A DNA stretch of 64,000 nucleotides, from the NCBI GenBank assembly GCA_963422645.2, contig CAXXVO010000011.1, forward strand, positions 32,001 through 96,000, given 5' to 3'. The notes under the pieces were generated by a model that did no database searches, was not told where the DNA came from, and saw only the letters and a list, made by a program, of their open reading frames with translations. Both the position numbers and the translations under genes were made by a program. How positions within the stretch are numbered: the stretch's first letter is position 1; each line of letters starts with the position of its first letter. This DNA is from Alphaproteobacteria bacterium. Its GTDB lineage: Bacteria > Pseudomonadota > Alphaproteobacteria > UBA828. Positions 53,449 through 63,325 of the stretch are shown here, one piece after another.

Positions 53449-54552
53449 ATGAGATGGCTATTGAGCACGACTGTCGTTGCCGCTGGCGTCGCGTTGGCAG
53501 CCGGCAGTGCCCAGGCGGTCGACCTCACGATCGTGTCGTGGGGCGGCGCCTATACGGCGAGCCAGCAGAAGGCCTATCACGACCCCTATATGGCGGCGAA
53601 TCCGGACGTCAGCATCGTCAATGACGACAACGCCTCCGAGGGACTGGCCAAAGTAAGAGCCCAGGTCGAATCGGGCAACGTCACCTGGGACATCGTCGAC
53701 ATGGTCGCGTCCGACGCCATTACCGCGTGCGACGAAGGCCTCATCATGGAAATCGATCCGGATACGTGGCTGGCAGCAGCGCCGGACGGGACTCCTGCGT
53801 CGGAGGATTTCTTCGCCGGCACCCTGTCGCCGGGTGGCACCAACTGCTTCATCCCGCAGATCGTCTATTCCACGACTTTCGGCTATCGCACTGACGTCTT
53901 CGAGGGTGAGCAGCCGTCGACAATTGCCGACGTGTTCGATCTCGAGAAATTTCCTGGCAAGCGGTCGTTAGAGAGAAAACCCATCAACAATCTCGAGTGG
54001 GCGCTGGTCGCCGATGGCGTGGCACCCGCAGATGTGTACGACATGCTCAGCACGCAAGAAGGCGTGAAGCGTGCCTTGGCCAAGTTGGATACCATCAAGG
54101 ACCAGGTGGTCTGGTGGACCAAGGGCGCGCAGCCGCCGCAGCTGCTGGCGGACGGCGAGGTCGTCATGGCCTCGGCCTACAACGGTCGTCTCTTCTCGGC
54201 CATCGCCGAAAAGAATCAGCCCATAGCCATGATGTGGGACCGGCAGATTTTCGATCTCGACGGCTGGGTCGTGCCGGTGGGTGTCAAGGATCTCGACGCG
54301 GTGAAGCAGTATCTCCACTTCGCCACCGACACGCAGCGCTTGGCGGACCAGGCGAAGTTCATCTCCTACGGTCCGGCCCGCTATTCGTCGGCGCCATTGG
54401 TGGGCAACCATGCCGATCTCGGCATCGACATGAAGCCCCACATGCCAACCGATCCCAACAATGCCGCGACCATCTTCGACTTCGACTACGTCTGGTGGGC
54501 CGACCACCGGGCGGAGCTCGACGAGGTGTTTAACACTTGGCTCGCCAGGTAG
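53449..54552 (+). CDS. Polyamine-type ABC substrate-binding protein (PotD-like)
   Basis: Signal peptide, SWGGAY, WDIVD, FPGKR, LEWALVADG, YNGR. Confidence 0.9.
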   Translation: MRWLLSTTVVAAGVALAAGSAQAVDLTIVSWGGAYTASQQKAYHDPYMAANPDVSIVNDDNASEGLAKVRAQVESGNVTWDIVDMVASDAITACDEGLIMEIDPDTWLAAAPDGTPASEDFFAGTLSPGGTNCFIPQIVYSTTFGYRTDVFEGEQPSTIADVFDLEKFPGKRSLERKPINNLEWALVADGVAPADVYDMLSTQEGVKRALAKLDTIKDQVVWWTKGAQPPQLLADGEVVMASAYNGRLFSAIAEKNQPIAMMWDRQIFDLDGWVVPVGVKDLDAVKQYLHFATDTQRLADQAKFISYGPARYSSAPLVGNHADLGIDMKPHMPTDPNNAATIFDFDYVWWADHRAELDEVFNTWLAR

Positions 54553-54564
54553 CAGAGCCTGAGT

Positions 54565-54595
54565 GGGACGGGACGCACCGAGTGCGTCCCGTCCC
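54565..54595 (+). terminator. Intercistronic stem-loop after the binding-protein gene
   Basis: Perfect 14-bp stem GGGACGGGACGCAC-CGA-GTGCGTCCCGTCCC. Confidence 0.7.
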
Positions 54596-54636
54596 CATTT
54601 CTCCGAGGCCCTTGAGCAAGACGTAGGCCTGCACGC

Positions 54637-55899
54637 ATGTCGACGGTCGACGATAACGTCCTGCGAACCGCCGATGGCGTGCCATTGAAAACGAGCCTGC
54701 GGCGGGCGACGGCCCGCAGGCGCATTCGTACATTCTTGCTGGTCGTCCCCATTCTGGGGTTCTTACTGATCACATTTGTTTTTCCCGTTATCGATATGTT
54801 GTTTAGAAGCGTCGACAACCAAATCGTTTCGTCGGTGCTTCCCCGCACGACACTGGCAATTCAAAGCTGGGATCCTGGGAGTGGAGAGCTCCCGTCGGAA
54901 GTCGTGTACGAAGCTCTGGTGCTGGATGTTCAAGAGTCATTCAAGGATAAGAGGTTGGGCCGTGCCGGGCGGCGCTTGAATTACGAAAAGTCCGGGGTGA
55001 TGAGCTTGTTCCGGAAATCGGGACGGCGAGCAAAACTCATAACCGATGCCCCCTTCAAGGACCAGGTCATAGCGATTGACGAACGATGGGCAGACCTGGC
55101 AACCTGGCAACTCATTTATCAAGAATCGAGCAAAGTAACCGAAAGCTACTTCTTATCGGCTGCCGACCTTCGGGTTGACTACAAAGGTGAAATATCCTGG
55201 AAGGCAGAAGAACGACGAATATACCTGTTTTTATTCTACCGCACATTGTGGATGAGCGGGCTCATCACGATATTCTGTTTGCTACTCGGCTATCCGATTG
55301 GCTTCCTTCTGGCGACGTTACCGCCACGCCGCAGCAATCTCTTGCTCATACTCGTCCTGCTGCCGTTCTGGACGTCTCTGCTGGTCAGGACGACTGCGTG
55401 GATCGCACTGCTTCAGTCCGAGGGCGTGTTGAATGACTTGATGGTATTCACGGGTATTATTTCCGAAGACGGTCGCCTGCAGATGATTCACAACCAGTTC
55501 GGTACGTTCGTGGCGATGACGCATATTCTCTTGCCGTTCATGATTCTGCCGCTCTACTCGGTGATGAAAACCATTCCGTCCTCATATATGCGCGCCGCAC
55601 GGTCTCTGGGCGCATCGCCATTCACTGGCTTCATCAAAGTCTATATGCCCAATACCGTGCCGGGGATCGGTGCCGGCTGCATTCTGGTCTTCATTCTGTC
55701 GATCGGCTATTACATCACGCCCGCGCTTGTCGGAGGACGAACCGGTACATTCATCTCGAATATCATCGCGCTTCATATAAGCGAGACGTTGAATTGGGGC
55801 CTGGCGGCTGCGCTGGGCGTGATTTTGTTGGCACTCGTCCTGTTGCTCTATTTCCTCTATGACAGGATCGTCGGCGTCGCCAACATGAAGCTCGGATAA
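54637..55899 (+). CDS. potB: PotB-like ABC permease
   Basis: LLPFWTSLLVRT, LPFMILPLY, RAARSLGA, TPALVGG. Confidence 0.85.
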   Translation: MSTVDDNVLRTADGVPLKTSLRRATARRRIRTFLLVVPILGFLLITFVFPVIDMLFRSVDNQIVSSVLPRTTLAIQSWDPGSGELPSEVVYEALVLDVQESFKDKRLGRAGRRLNYEKSGVMSLFRKSGRRAKLITDAPFKDQVIAIDERWADLATWQLIYQESSKVTESYFLSAADLRVDYKGEISWKAEERRIYLFLFYRTLWMSGLITIFCLLLGYPIGFLLATLPPRRSNLLLILVLLPFWTSLLVRTTAWIALLQSEGVLNDLMVFTGIISEDGRLQMIHNQFGTFVAMTHILLPFMILPLYSVMKTIPSSYMRAARSLGASPFTGFIKVYMPNTVPGIGAGCILVFILSIGYYITPALVGGRTGTFISNIIALHISETLNWGLAAALGVILLALVLLLYFLYDRIVGVANMKLG

Positions 55900-55904
55900 C
55901 GCGT

Positions 55905-56753
55905 ATGCCGCCGCCGCTGCACGCAACGCACTCGGAACGAGTTTGGTACTATTCGTTTCGAACGCTGTGTGTGCTGATTTTCATCTTCCTGGTCGGCCCT
56001 ATTTTTGTCATTATACCGCTCAGCTTCAACGAACTTCCTTACTTTACGTTCACGCCGGAAATGCTTGCCTTCGATCCGGCAGGTTACAGCACGAAGTGGT
56101 ACCAAGAGTTTTTTGCGGAGGACTCATGGCAAAGAGCGGTACAAAATAGCTTCCTCATAGCGGTATTTGCCACGCTCATTTCGACATTCCTCGGCACCCT
56201 GGCGGCGCTCGGGCTAAGCCGACCCGAAATGCCTTTCAGAAAAACCATCATGGCGTTGTTGATATCGCCGATGATTGTGCCGCTTATTATCTCTGCCGCG
56301 GGCATGTATTTCTTCTATGCTCGGATCGGACTGGCGTCGACGCACATCGGCGTCATCCTCGCCCATGCCGCATTAGGTATCCCGTTCGTCATTATCACGG
56401 TGACGGCGACCCTGGTGGGCTTCGACCACTCGCTGACGCGCGCGGCCGCGAGCCTCGGGTCGAGCCCGACGCGCACCTTCTTCGTGGTGATCGTGCCGCT
56501 GATCCTACCAGGCGTCATATCGGGCGCGCTGCTCGCGTTCATCACCTCCTTCGACGAGGTGGTGGTCGTGCTGTTCGTGGGCTCGGTGGATCAGCGAACG
56601 ATCCCCTGGAAGATGTTCTCAGGGATTCGCGAGGAAATCAGGCCGACCATTCTGGCGGTCGCCACGCTCCTGGTGGTCATATCGATCGTGCTCTTGACGA
56701 TGGTCGAGCTCTTGCGCCGACGGAGCGAGCGGCTGCGCGGGATTCGCTCGTAA
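55905..56753 (+). CDS. potC: PotC-like ABC permease
   Basis: PLSFN, PMIVP, RAAASLG, FITSFDEVV. Confidence 0.87.
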   Translation: MPPPLHATHSERVWYYSFRTLCVLIFIFLVGPIFVIIPLSFNELPYFTFTPEMLAFDPAGYSTKWYQEFFAEDSWQRAVQNSFLIAVFATLISTFLGTLAALGLSRPEMPFRKTIMALLISPMIVPLIISAAGMYFFYARIGLASTHIGVILAHAALGIPFVIITVTATLVGFDHSLTRAAASLGSSPTRTFFVVIVPLILPGVISGALLAFITSFDEVVVVLFVGSVDQRTIPWKMFSGIREEIRPTILAVATLLVVISIVLLTMVELLRRRSERLRGIRS

Positions 56754-56804
56754 CGCAGCGCACGAGCCGGGCCGATCGCGAAGCGCTGAGAGAATCTCCC
56801 AAAT

Positions 56805-56819
56805 GTTCTTGCAATGTTC
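56805..56819 (+). promoter_or_regulatory. Alphaproteobacterial LexA (SOS) box
   Basis: GTTC-TTGCAAT-GTTC = GTTC-N7-GTTC, 24 bp upstream of ATG 56844. Confidence 0.75.
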
Positions 56820-56843
56820 CATGCTGCCACCTACGCTGTGGCG

Positions 56844-57908
56844 ATGAGGGAGGTGCGCAAGGGGCGAGGGGCGGCGAGCAACCCGAGCGGGCGCTACGAG
56901 CGCCACCGGCGCGATGCCTTCGACGACGGTTGGGATACCATCGACGAGGCACAGGCGCCGCTTCGAACCGAGGTGCGGCCCGATGCCAGCCGCACGGTGA
57001 TCACCCGCAACAACTCGCCCGATCTCGGTTTCGACCGTTCCATCAATATCTATCGCGGTTGCGAGAACGGCTGCGTCTATTGCTACGCGCGTCCCACGCA
57101 TGCCTATCTCGGGCTCTCACCGGGGCAGGACTTCGAGAGCCGCATCTTCGTGAAGCACGAGGCCCCGGCTCAACTCGAGCGCGAACTGGGCCGCCCCGGC
57201 TACGAATGCCGGATGATCGCGATGGGCACCAACACCGATCCCTACCAGCCGACCGAGCGGCGCCTCGCGCTCACGCGGGGCGTGCTCGAAGTGCTGGACC
57301 GCCACGATCATCCTGTCGGCATCGTCACGAAGTCGGCGCTGGTCACGCGCGATGCGGACATCCTCGCCCGGATGGCGCGGCGCCGGCTCGCCACGGTCGC
57401 GCTCTCGGTCACGACACTGGACCGCGACCTCGCTCGCGCCATGGAGCCGCGGGCGTCCACGCCGGCGAAGCGCCTGGAGGCGATCAAGGCGCTGAGCGAT
57501 GCCGGGGTGCCGGTGGGCGTGATGGTGGCGCCCATCGTCCCCGGCCTCACCGACCACGAGATGGAATCGATTCTCAACGCGGCCAGCGAGGCGGGCGCCG
57601 GCCGCGCGGGCTACGTCCTCCTGCGGCTGCCTCTGGAGGTCCGGGAGCTCTTCCTGGAGTGGCTCTCGGTCCACGCGCCCAACCAGGCCAAACGCGTCGT
57701 GTCCCTGTTGCAGGGGATGCGCGCAGGCCGGCTCAACGATGCTAACTTCGGCTCCCGCATGACCGGCGCCGGCCCCTACGCCGACCTGCTGGCTGCGCGC
57801 TTCGCCGCGGCGACGCGCCGTCTCGGACTCACGCGGCGGGGGCCTGACCTCGATACCGGGCGCTTCCGCCCGCCTTCCCGCGACCCGGCGCAACTCACCC
57901 TATTCTGA
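56844..57908 (+). CDS. PA0069-family (SplB-like) radical SAM protein
   Basis: KGRGA..N, SINIYRGCENGCVYCYARP (CxxxCxxC), GTNTDPYQ, MEPRA, QLTLF tail. Confidence 0.92.
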   Translation: MREVRKGRGAASNPSGRYERHRRDAFDDGWDTIDEAQAPLRTEVRPDASRTVITRNNSPDLGFDRSINIYRGCENGCVYCYARPTHAYLGLSPGQDFESRIFVKHEAPAQLERELGRPGYECRMIAMGTNTDPYQPTERRLALTRGVLEVLDRHDHPVGIVTKSALVTRDADILARMARRRLATVALSVTTLDRDLARAMEPRASTPAKRLEAIKALSDAGVPVGVMVAPIVPGLTDHEMESILNAASEAGAGRAGYVLLRLPLEVRELFLEWLSVHAPNQAKRVVSLLQGMRAGRLNDANFGSRMTGAGPYADLLAARFAAATRRLGLTRRGPDLDTGRFRPPSRDPAQLTLF

Positions 57909-57946
57909 GCCGCCGGCTCGCGCGCCATGCGTGTTAGAACGGTTTC

Positions 57947-58585
57947 ATGGCAGGGAGGCGCAAGCAGCGGGAGCAGCCCGATCTCTCGCTGGAACGCACG
58001 GCCGGCGGGCGTGTGGCCGGCGTCGACGAGGCCGGGAGGGGCCCGTGGGCGGGGCCGGTGGTCGCGGCGGCGGTCGTGCTGAATGCCGAGGACTTGCCGC
58101 CACAGCTACGGGCGACGATTACCGATTCCAAGCTGCTCACGGCGGAACGGCGCGCAGCGCTCCAGCCGGCAATCCTGGCCTGCGCCGATGCTGCCCTCGG
58201 CATTGCCAGCGTCGCCGAGATCGACAGCATGAATATTCTTCAGGCTACGCTGCTCGCCATGCGCCGCGCCGTCGCCCGCCTCGCCCACGCTCCCGACCTG
58301 GCACTGGTGGACGGCAACCGCGCGCCCCAGTTGCCTTGCCCGGCGAGGACCGTGGTGGGCGGTGACAGCAAGAGCCTCTCGATCGCCGCGGCCTCGATCG
58401 TCGCCAAGGTGACCAGGGACCGGCTGATGGCGCGCCTCGCGGCAGACTATCCGGACTACGGCTGGGAGCGGAACGCCGGCTACGGCACGGCGAAGCATCA
58501 GGCCGCGCTCGCCCGGCTCGGGCCCTGCGTGCACCATCGGCGATCCTTCCGGCCGATCCGTGAACTCTTGGATGGCCGCTCGTGA
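57947..58585 (+). CDS. rnhB: Ribonuclease HII
   Basis: [38 protein letters not shown]. Confidence 0.96.
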   Translation: MAGRRKQREQPDLSLERTAGGRVAGVDEAGRGPWAGPVVAAAVVLNAEDLPPQLRATITDSKLLTAERRAALQPAILACADAALGIASVAEIDSMNILQATLLAMRRAVARLAHAPDLALVDGNRAPQLPCPARTVVGGDSKSLSIAAASIVAKVTRDRLMARLAADYPDYGWERNAGYGTAKHQAALARLGPCVHHRRSFRPIRELLDGRS

Positions 58586-59115
58586 GCATCCCGGTATCCG
58601 ACGACGACCTCGTTCTCCATCCACCGGGCATTCTGCGCTGGTGCGGTCGCCGCTTCGCCTGCACCATCGGGTGGGGCGGGGTGCGGACCAACAAGCGCGA
58701 GGGCGACGGCGCGACGCCCGCTGGCCGCTTCCCCCTCCGCCGGGTTCTCTATAGGCCCGACCGCTTGGCGCCACCGCGCACGGCGCTTCCCATCGCGCCC
58801 TTGAGCCCGCGCGACGCCTGGTGCGACGATCCCGGCCACCCGCTCTACAACCGGCCGCTGCGCCTGCCCCACCACGCCCGCCACGAAGAGCTGTGGCGGG
58901 CGGACCGCGTCTACGACTTGATCGTCATTCTCGGCCACAACGATGCGCCCGTCGTATCCGGGCTCGGCAGCGCAGTGTTCCTGCACGTGGCCCAGCCGGA
59001 CTACGCGCCGACTGCAGGATGCGTCGCCGTGGCGGCGGGCGATCTGCTGACGATCCTGGCCGGCGTGGACCCCCAGACGTGGCTCCGCGTGCCGCCCGTA
59101 GTGGCTCCGCGTTAA
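58582..59115 (+). CDS. L,D-transpeptidase (YkuD) family protein
   Basis: [27 protein letters not shown]. Confidence 0.9.
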   Translation: MSIPVSDDDLVLHPPGILRWCGRRFACTIGWGGVRTNKREGDGATPAGRFPLRRVLYRPDRLAPPRTALPIAPLSPRDAWCDDPGHPLYNRPLRLPHHARHEELWRADRVYDLIVILGHNDAPVVSGLGSAVFLHVAQPDYAPTAGCVAVAAGDLLTILAGVDPQTWLRVPPVVAPR

Positions 59116-59825
59116 GGCGTGGGCCGGGTCCCGAATATCGCCGTGCCGATCCTGACGTGGGTGGCGCCGAGCGCGATCGCGGTCCGGTAATCGGCTGACA
59201 TTCCCATGCTGAGGCCTTCGAGCCCGTGGCGCGAGGCGAGCTTCTGCAGCAGCGCGAAGTGGGAGCCGGAATTCTTGGCGGCGGGCGGGATGCACATGAG
59301 CCCGATCACCGGCAGCATCAAATTGTCTCGGCACTGCGCGACCAGCGCGTCGAGGCCATCCGGCAGCACACCGGCCTTCTGTGGCTCGGCGCCGGTGTTG
59401 ACCTGGATGAAACAGTCTGGGCGCTTTCCCTGGCGATCCATCTCGCGGGCGAGCGCTGTCGCGAGCTTCGGCCGGTCGATCGCGTGGATCGCGTCGGCGA
59501 CCGCTACCGCGTCCCGCGCCTTGTTGGTCTGTAGCGCCCCGATATAGTGGAGCACCGCACCGGGCCATTCGGCGCGGAGAGCCTGCCACTTCTCGCTCGC
59601 CTCCTGCACCCTGTTCTCGCCGAAGGTCATGTGGCCGGAGGCGAGCGCGGGCACAATCCGGCTTACAAGGTGACCCTTGGAGACCGCGATCAGCGTAATC
59701 TCGTCCGGGTCGCGTCCGGCAGCGCGCGCCGCGTCCTGGACCTCGGCGGTGACGGCGGCCAGATTGGCCGGGACATCGACGGTCGCCGAGCCGTCTCGGG
59801 CGGGAGCGGGAGATGCGTGCACCAT
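59112..59825 (-). CDS. yggS: YggS-family PLP homeostasis protein
   Basis: LIAVSK, FGENRVQE, IGALQTNK, GLMCIP, SMGMSAD, VRIGTAIFG; start uncertain. Confidence 0.93.
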   Translation of the reverse strand: MVHASPAPARDGSATVDVPANLAAVTAEVQDAARAAGRDPDEITLIAVSKGHLVSRIVPALASGHMTFGENRVQEASEKWQALRAEWPGAVLHYIGALQTNKARDAVAVADAIHAIDRPKLATALAREMDRQGKRPDCFIQVNTGAEPQKAGVLPDGLDALVAQCRDNLMLPVIGLMCIPPAAKNSGSHFALLQKLASRHGLEGLSMGMSADYRTAIALGATHVRIGTAIFGTRPTP

Positions 59826-59847
59826 GGGCACCTGAGTCGAGCGAGCG

Positions 59848-60456
59848 ATGGGAACGCTAGCAGAGGCAGCGGCGAGCCTCAAACGATCGGCAGGGAGCAC
59901 CTTGCCCGCGCTAATCCTGATGACCGACGAGGCGCGGCTCGCCGATCCGCTGCCGGCTGTCCGCGCGCTGCCGGCGGGGAGCGCCATCATCCTCCGCCAC
60001 TATGGCGTGCCGGAGCGCGCAGTGCTGGCCCGAGGGCTGGCCGCCATCGCGCACCGGCGAGGGCTCGTTCTGCTGGTGGGGGAGGACCCCGTGCTCGCGC
60101 GACGCGTCGGCGCGGCAGGTGTCCATCTGCCGGAGCGCGCCATTCGTCGAGCGGGTGCGGTGCGCTGGCAGCGTGACTGGCTCATTACTGCCGCCGTCCA
60201 CTCCCACGCGGCACTGGCGTCGGCTGCGGCTTGCGGCGCGGACGCGGCCCTGCTTTCCCCCGTCTTCGCCACGACGAGCCATCCGGACGCCCGCCCCCTC
60301 GGGCTTCAGCGCTTTGCGGCTCTCGCGCAGGCGAGCCCACTCCCGGTCTATGCTCTCGGCGGCATCGACCGCGCCCATGCGGACCTGTTGTGCGGCAGTG
60401 GCGCCGTCGGCATCGCCGGAATCGGCGGGCTTATACCGCAGAGTCCCAGTCTGTGA
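59848..60456 (+). CDS. Thiamine phosphate synthase-like protein (ThiE/TenI)
   Basis: GVHLPE, AAVHS, SPVFATTSHP, VYALGGI. Confidence 0.85.
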   Translation: MGTLAEAAASLKRSAGSTLPALILMTDEARLADPLPAVRALPAGSAIILRHYGVPERAVLARGLAAIAHRRGLVLLVGEDPVLARRVGAAGVHLPERAIRRAGAVRWQRDWLITAAVHSHAALASAAACGADAALLSPVFATTSHPDARPLGLQRFAALAQASPLPVYALGGIDRAHADLLCGSGAVGIAGIGGLIPQSPSL

Positions 60457-60649
60457 GCGCGAAGTGCCGGTCGATTTGGTCAATCAGCGCCTGTAGCGCC
60501 CGTTCGACCGGCCGGTCCCCTGCGTGGACAGTGAGCTCCGGCCGATCCGGTGGCTCGTAGGCCTCGTGGATGATGTATACGTTTTCGGTCTCGAGGGCGT
60601 CGAGGTTGGTGCCAACCGTCGGTACCGCTTATTCCTTCTGCTCAATCAC
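60431..60649 (-). pseudogene. Remnant resembling the C-terminus of APS kinase (cysC/cysNC)
   Basis: GTG coupled to the sulfotransferase stop; VIEQKE*AVPT...IHEAYEPPDRPELTVHAGDRPVERALQALI; internal TAA. Confidence 0.55.
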
Positions 60650-61524
60650 GAGTCCGCTTCAGAGCCCTGCGCGCCCTCAGCATCGTTCTTGTAACCGGCT
60701 GGCACATAGCCGAAGCGCTCCATCTGAATGCGGTGTCGCTCCACTACCCGATGGACTTGGATATCGGTGAGAACGTGGCGCCAGCCATCCACCTTCCCCG
60801 CGCGGAAGAACCTTTGCTGCCTCGAGCTACTCTCGACAAAGCCCGAGCGATCCTCTTGAGCGCGTAAGGCTCGGAAGGACGCGTGACGAATGGCCTGCTC
60901 AATGCGCTGCCGCGGCGGCTTGAGGCCCAAGAATCGCGCGATTGCGCGAAAGGTGGGTCCGGGACGGCGACTCATGTCTTCGTAGCGCACAACGTGGGTG
61001 GCGGGATCGGGTCTACCCGTCCAGCTCTCCACATGGGTGGACCAGTCGCAGCGATGTTCAGGCACACTAGTCTCTGATGCAGACGTCGTGAGACCAACGA
61101 TTTCCATTTCGCTAATGACGTCTTCCACAGGGCGGTCGACGTGATCGGCGTAGGAGAGAGCCACGTCGAGAGGATTGCGTACGACGTAAATCGAGCCTGC
61201 GGTGACACTCTGGGTGATCATGTGCGTGCCGTCGACCTCAACAAACGCGTTGTGTGTCTTTACCAAGGCTGTGTCCCGTGCCATCTCGGCGAGGAGCGCG
61301 TGCACTTTGGGCCTAAGGCTTGCAAGATCGGCTTCGCTCAGGTCTTTGGGTGAGCGCGGATCAAGACGTTCATACCAAACCGCATCGCTGTCGACGGGTG
61401 AAAATTCCGACATCCTGTTAATGTCGAAGGGCGTGCTTGGATTGTGTAGCAGGTTCAGAAGGAAGGCGCGCAGCCATGTGTTGCCGGACTTGGGGTAGGA
61501 AGCTAGCCACAGAATTTTGCTCAT
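60646..61524 (-). CDS. Sulfotransferase domain protein
   Basis: LASYPKSGNTW (5'-PSB), VKTH, VRNPLDVALS (3'-PB), RYED, FFRAG. Confidence 0.93.
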   Translation of the reverse strand: MSKILWLASYPKSGNTWLRAFLLNLLHNPSTPFDINRMSEFSPVDSDAVWYERLDPRSPKDLSEADLASLRPKVHALLAEMARDTALVKTHNAFVEVDGTHMITQSVTAGSIYVVRNPLDVALSYADHVDRPVEDVISEMEIVGLTTSASETSVPEHRCDWSTHVESWTGRPDPATHVVRYEDMSRRPGPTFRAIARFLGLKPPRQRIEQAIRHASFRALRAQEDRSGFVESSSRQQRFFRAGKVDGWRHVLTDIQVHRVVERHRIQMERFGYVPAGYKNDAEGAQGSEADS

Positions 61525-61624
61525 AGAAGGCGGCCCCTGTCAGGGGTGCAAGGCGGGCATCTAACTGAGGACAGCGCGCGCCAGGACGGTATAGAACGGT
61601 GCGAGGAGGGCGCGCGCCAGCATC

Positions 61625-62842
61625 CTAGAGGGCCGGTGGTCCGCTCTCGAGGGTGATGATGTCCACTGCCGTGCCGCGCTCGGCTGCCGGCGCGTGGGGC
61701 GGCCGGACCACGAGGCATTGTGCCTTCACCAGCAACGACAGCATCGAGCTGTCCTGCTTCGCGAAGGGCGTGGCGATGAGCGCGCCGCTCTCGCCACGGG
61801 TGAGTGTCCCGCGAAGATAGTCCTCTCGCTCGTCGTTCTCCCCGACATCGGCGCCCAGGCTCGCACGCTGAACCATCGGATGCGCGCCTTCGTCGGTGCC
61901 GAGCATGCGCGCCATTGCGGGCCTCAGGAAGATCAGCGCGCAAACCAGCGAGGAGACCGGGTTGCCGGGCAGACCGAGCAGGCGGGTGCCGCCCACGGTG
62001 CCGAACATCAGCGGCTTGCCGGGCCGCATGGCAATTTTCCAAAAGTCGAGGGCGAGCCCTTCATCCTTGAGAGCGTCGCGAATCAGGTCGTGCTCGCCCA
62101 CCGAGGCGCCCCCGGTGGTGACCAGCAGGTCTGCACCGCGCGCGCCGGCGGCGTGGCGCACGAGGGACTCCGGGTCGTCGCGGGCGATGCCGAGGTCGAT
62201 GGCCTCTCCGCCGCAGTCTTCCACCACCGCCCTGAGCGCGTGCGTGTTGGAGCTTACGATCTGGTTGGCGCCCAGCGGCTCGCCGGGCATGACGATTTCG
62301 TCGCCGGTGGCCAGCAACGCGATGCGCGGTTTGCGGCGGACCGTGAGCCACGGCTGGTTCATGGCGGCGGCGAGGCCGATAGCGCGCGCGTCCAGCCGCC
62401 GCCCCGCAGGGACTCCGACCTCGCCTGCTCGAAAGTCGAGGCCGGCGGGGCGGATGTAGCGGCCCGCCGGCGCGCCCGCGCGCACGGCAATCGCATCGCC
62501 GTCGGCTTCGGTGTTCTCCTGGATCACGATCGTGTCGGCACCGTCGGGCACCGGGGCGCCGGTGAAGATGCGCACCGTCTCGCCGGGGCCGACCGTGCCC
62601 TCGAATCGCGCACCGGCCGGCACGCTGCCAATCTGGCGCAGTGTGGTGGGCGGATCCGCAACGTCGGCAGCGCGGGCAGCATAACCGTCCATCGCCGAGA
62701 CGGCGAAGGGCGGCTGTGTGATGCGGGCGACAACATCCGCGGCCAGAACCCGGCCATGGGCCGCAGCCAGCGGAACGGTCTCTGCCGGCAGCGGCGAAAA
62801 GGCGGCGGTGATGCGGGCGACCGCGTCTGCGACCGGAATCAT
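61625..62842 (-). CDS. moeA: Molybdopterin molybdotransferase
   Basis: SAMDGYA, IFTGAPVP, TGDE, TGGASVG, MRPGKP, GLPGNPVS. Confidence 0.96.
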   Translation of the reverse strand: MIPVADAVARITAAFSPLPAETVPLAAAHGRVLAADVVARITQPPFAVSAMDGYAARAADVADPPTTLRQIGSVPAGARFEGTVGPGETVRIFTGAPVPDGADTIVIQENTEADGDAIAVRAGAPAGRYIRPAGLDFRAGEVGVPAGRRLDARAIGLAAAMNQPWLTVRRKPRIALLATGDEIVMPGEPLGANQIVSSNTHALRAVVEDCGGEAIDLGIARDDPESLVRHAAGARGADLLVTTGGASVGEHDLIRDALKDEGLALDFWKIAMRPGKPLMFGTVGGTRLLGLPGNPVSSLVCALIFLRPAMARMLGTDEGAHPMVQRASLGADVGENDEREDYLRGTLTRGESGALIATPFAKQDSSMLSLLVKAQCLVVRPPHAPAAERGTAVDIITLESGPPAL

Positions 62843-62845
62843 CGG

Positions 62846-63322
62846 TCAGGGCGCCCGGAATTCGCGCGACCGGCCGCCCGCCTTGTGGGTGAGCCGCACA
62901 TCGGTGATGCGCATGCCGCGATCGGCGGCCTTGCACATGTCGTAGACGGTGAGGGCGGCGACGCTGGCAGCGGTCAGTGCCTCCATCTCGACCCCGGTAC
63001 GCGCGGTGATGCGGCAGCTGGCTTCGATGTCCACGGCTCCCGCCGCCTCGTCGCAGGCGAGGGTCACGTCGACGGCGCTGAGCGCGAGCGGATGGCAGAG
63101 CGGGATCAGGTCGGCAGTCCGTTTGGCGGCCATGATGCCGGCGAGGCGGGCGACACCGAGAACGTCGCCCTTGGCGACACCGCCTTCCTCGATCAGCCGC
63201 ACGGTCGCGGGCTTCATCAGCACCCGCGCCCGCGCCGTCGCGCGGCGCTCGGTGACCTCCTTCTCCGTCACGTCCACCATGCGCGCCTTGCCCTCGGCGT
63301 CGATGTGAGTGAGCCGGGTCAT
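62846..63322 (-). CDS. moaC: Cyclic pyranopterin monophosphate synthase
   Basis: LTH...[32 protein letters not shown]. Confidence 0.97.
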   Translation of the reverse strand: MTRLTHIDAEGKARMVDVTEKEVTERRATARARVLMKPATVRLIEEGGVAKGDVLGVARLAGIMAAKRTADLIPLCHPLALSAVDVTLACDEAAGAVDIEASCRITARTGVEMEALTAASVAALTVYDMCKAADRGMRITDVRLTHKAGGRSREFRAP

Positions 63323-63325
63323 CGC

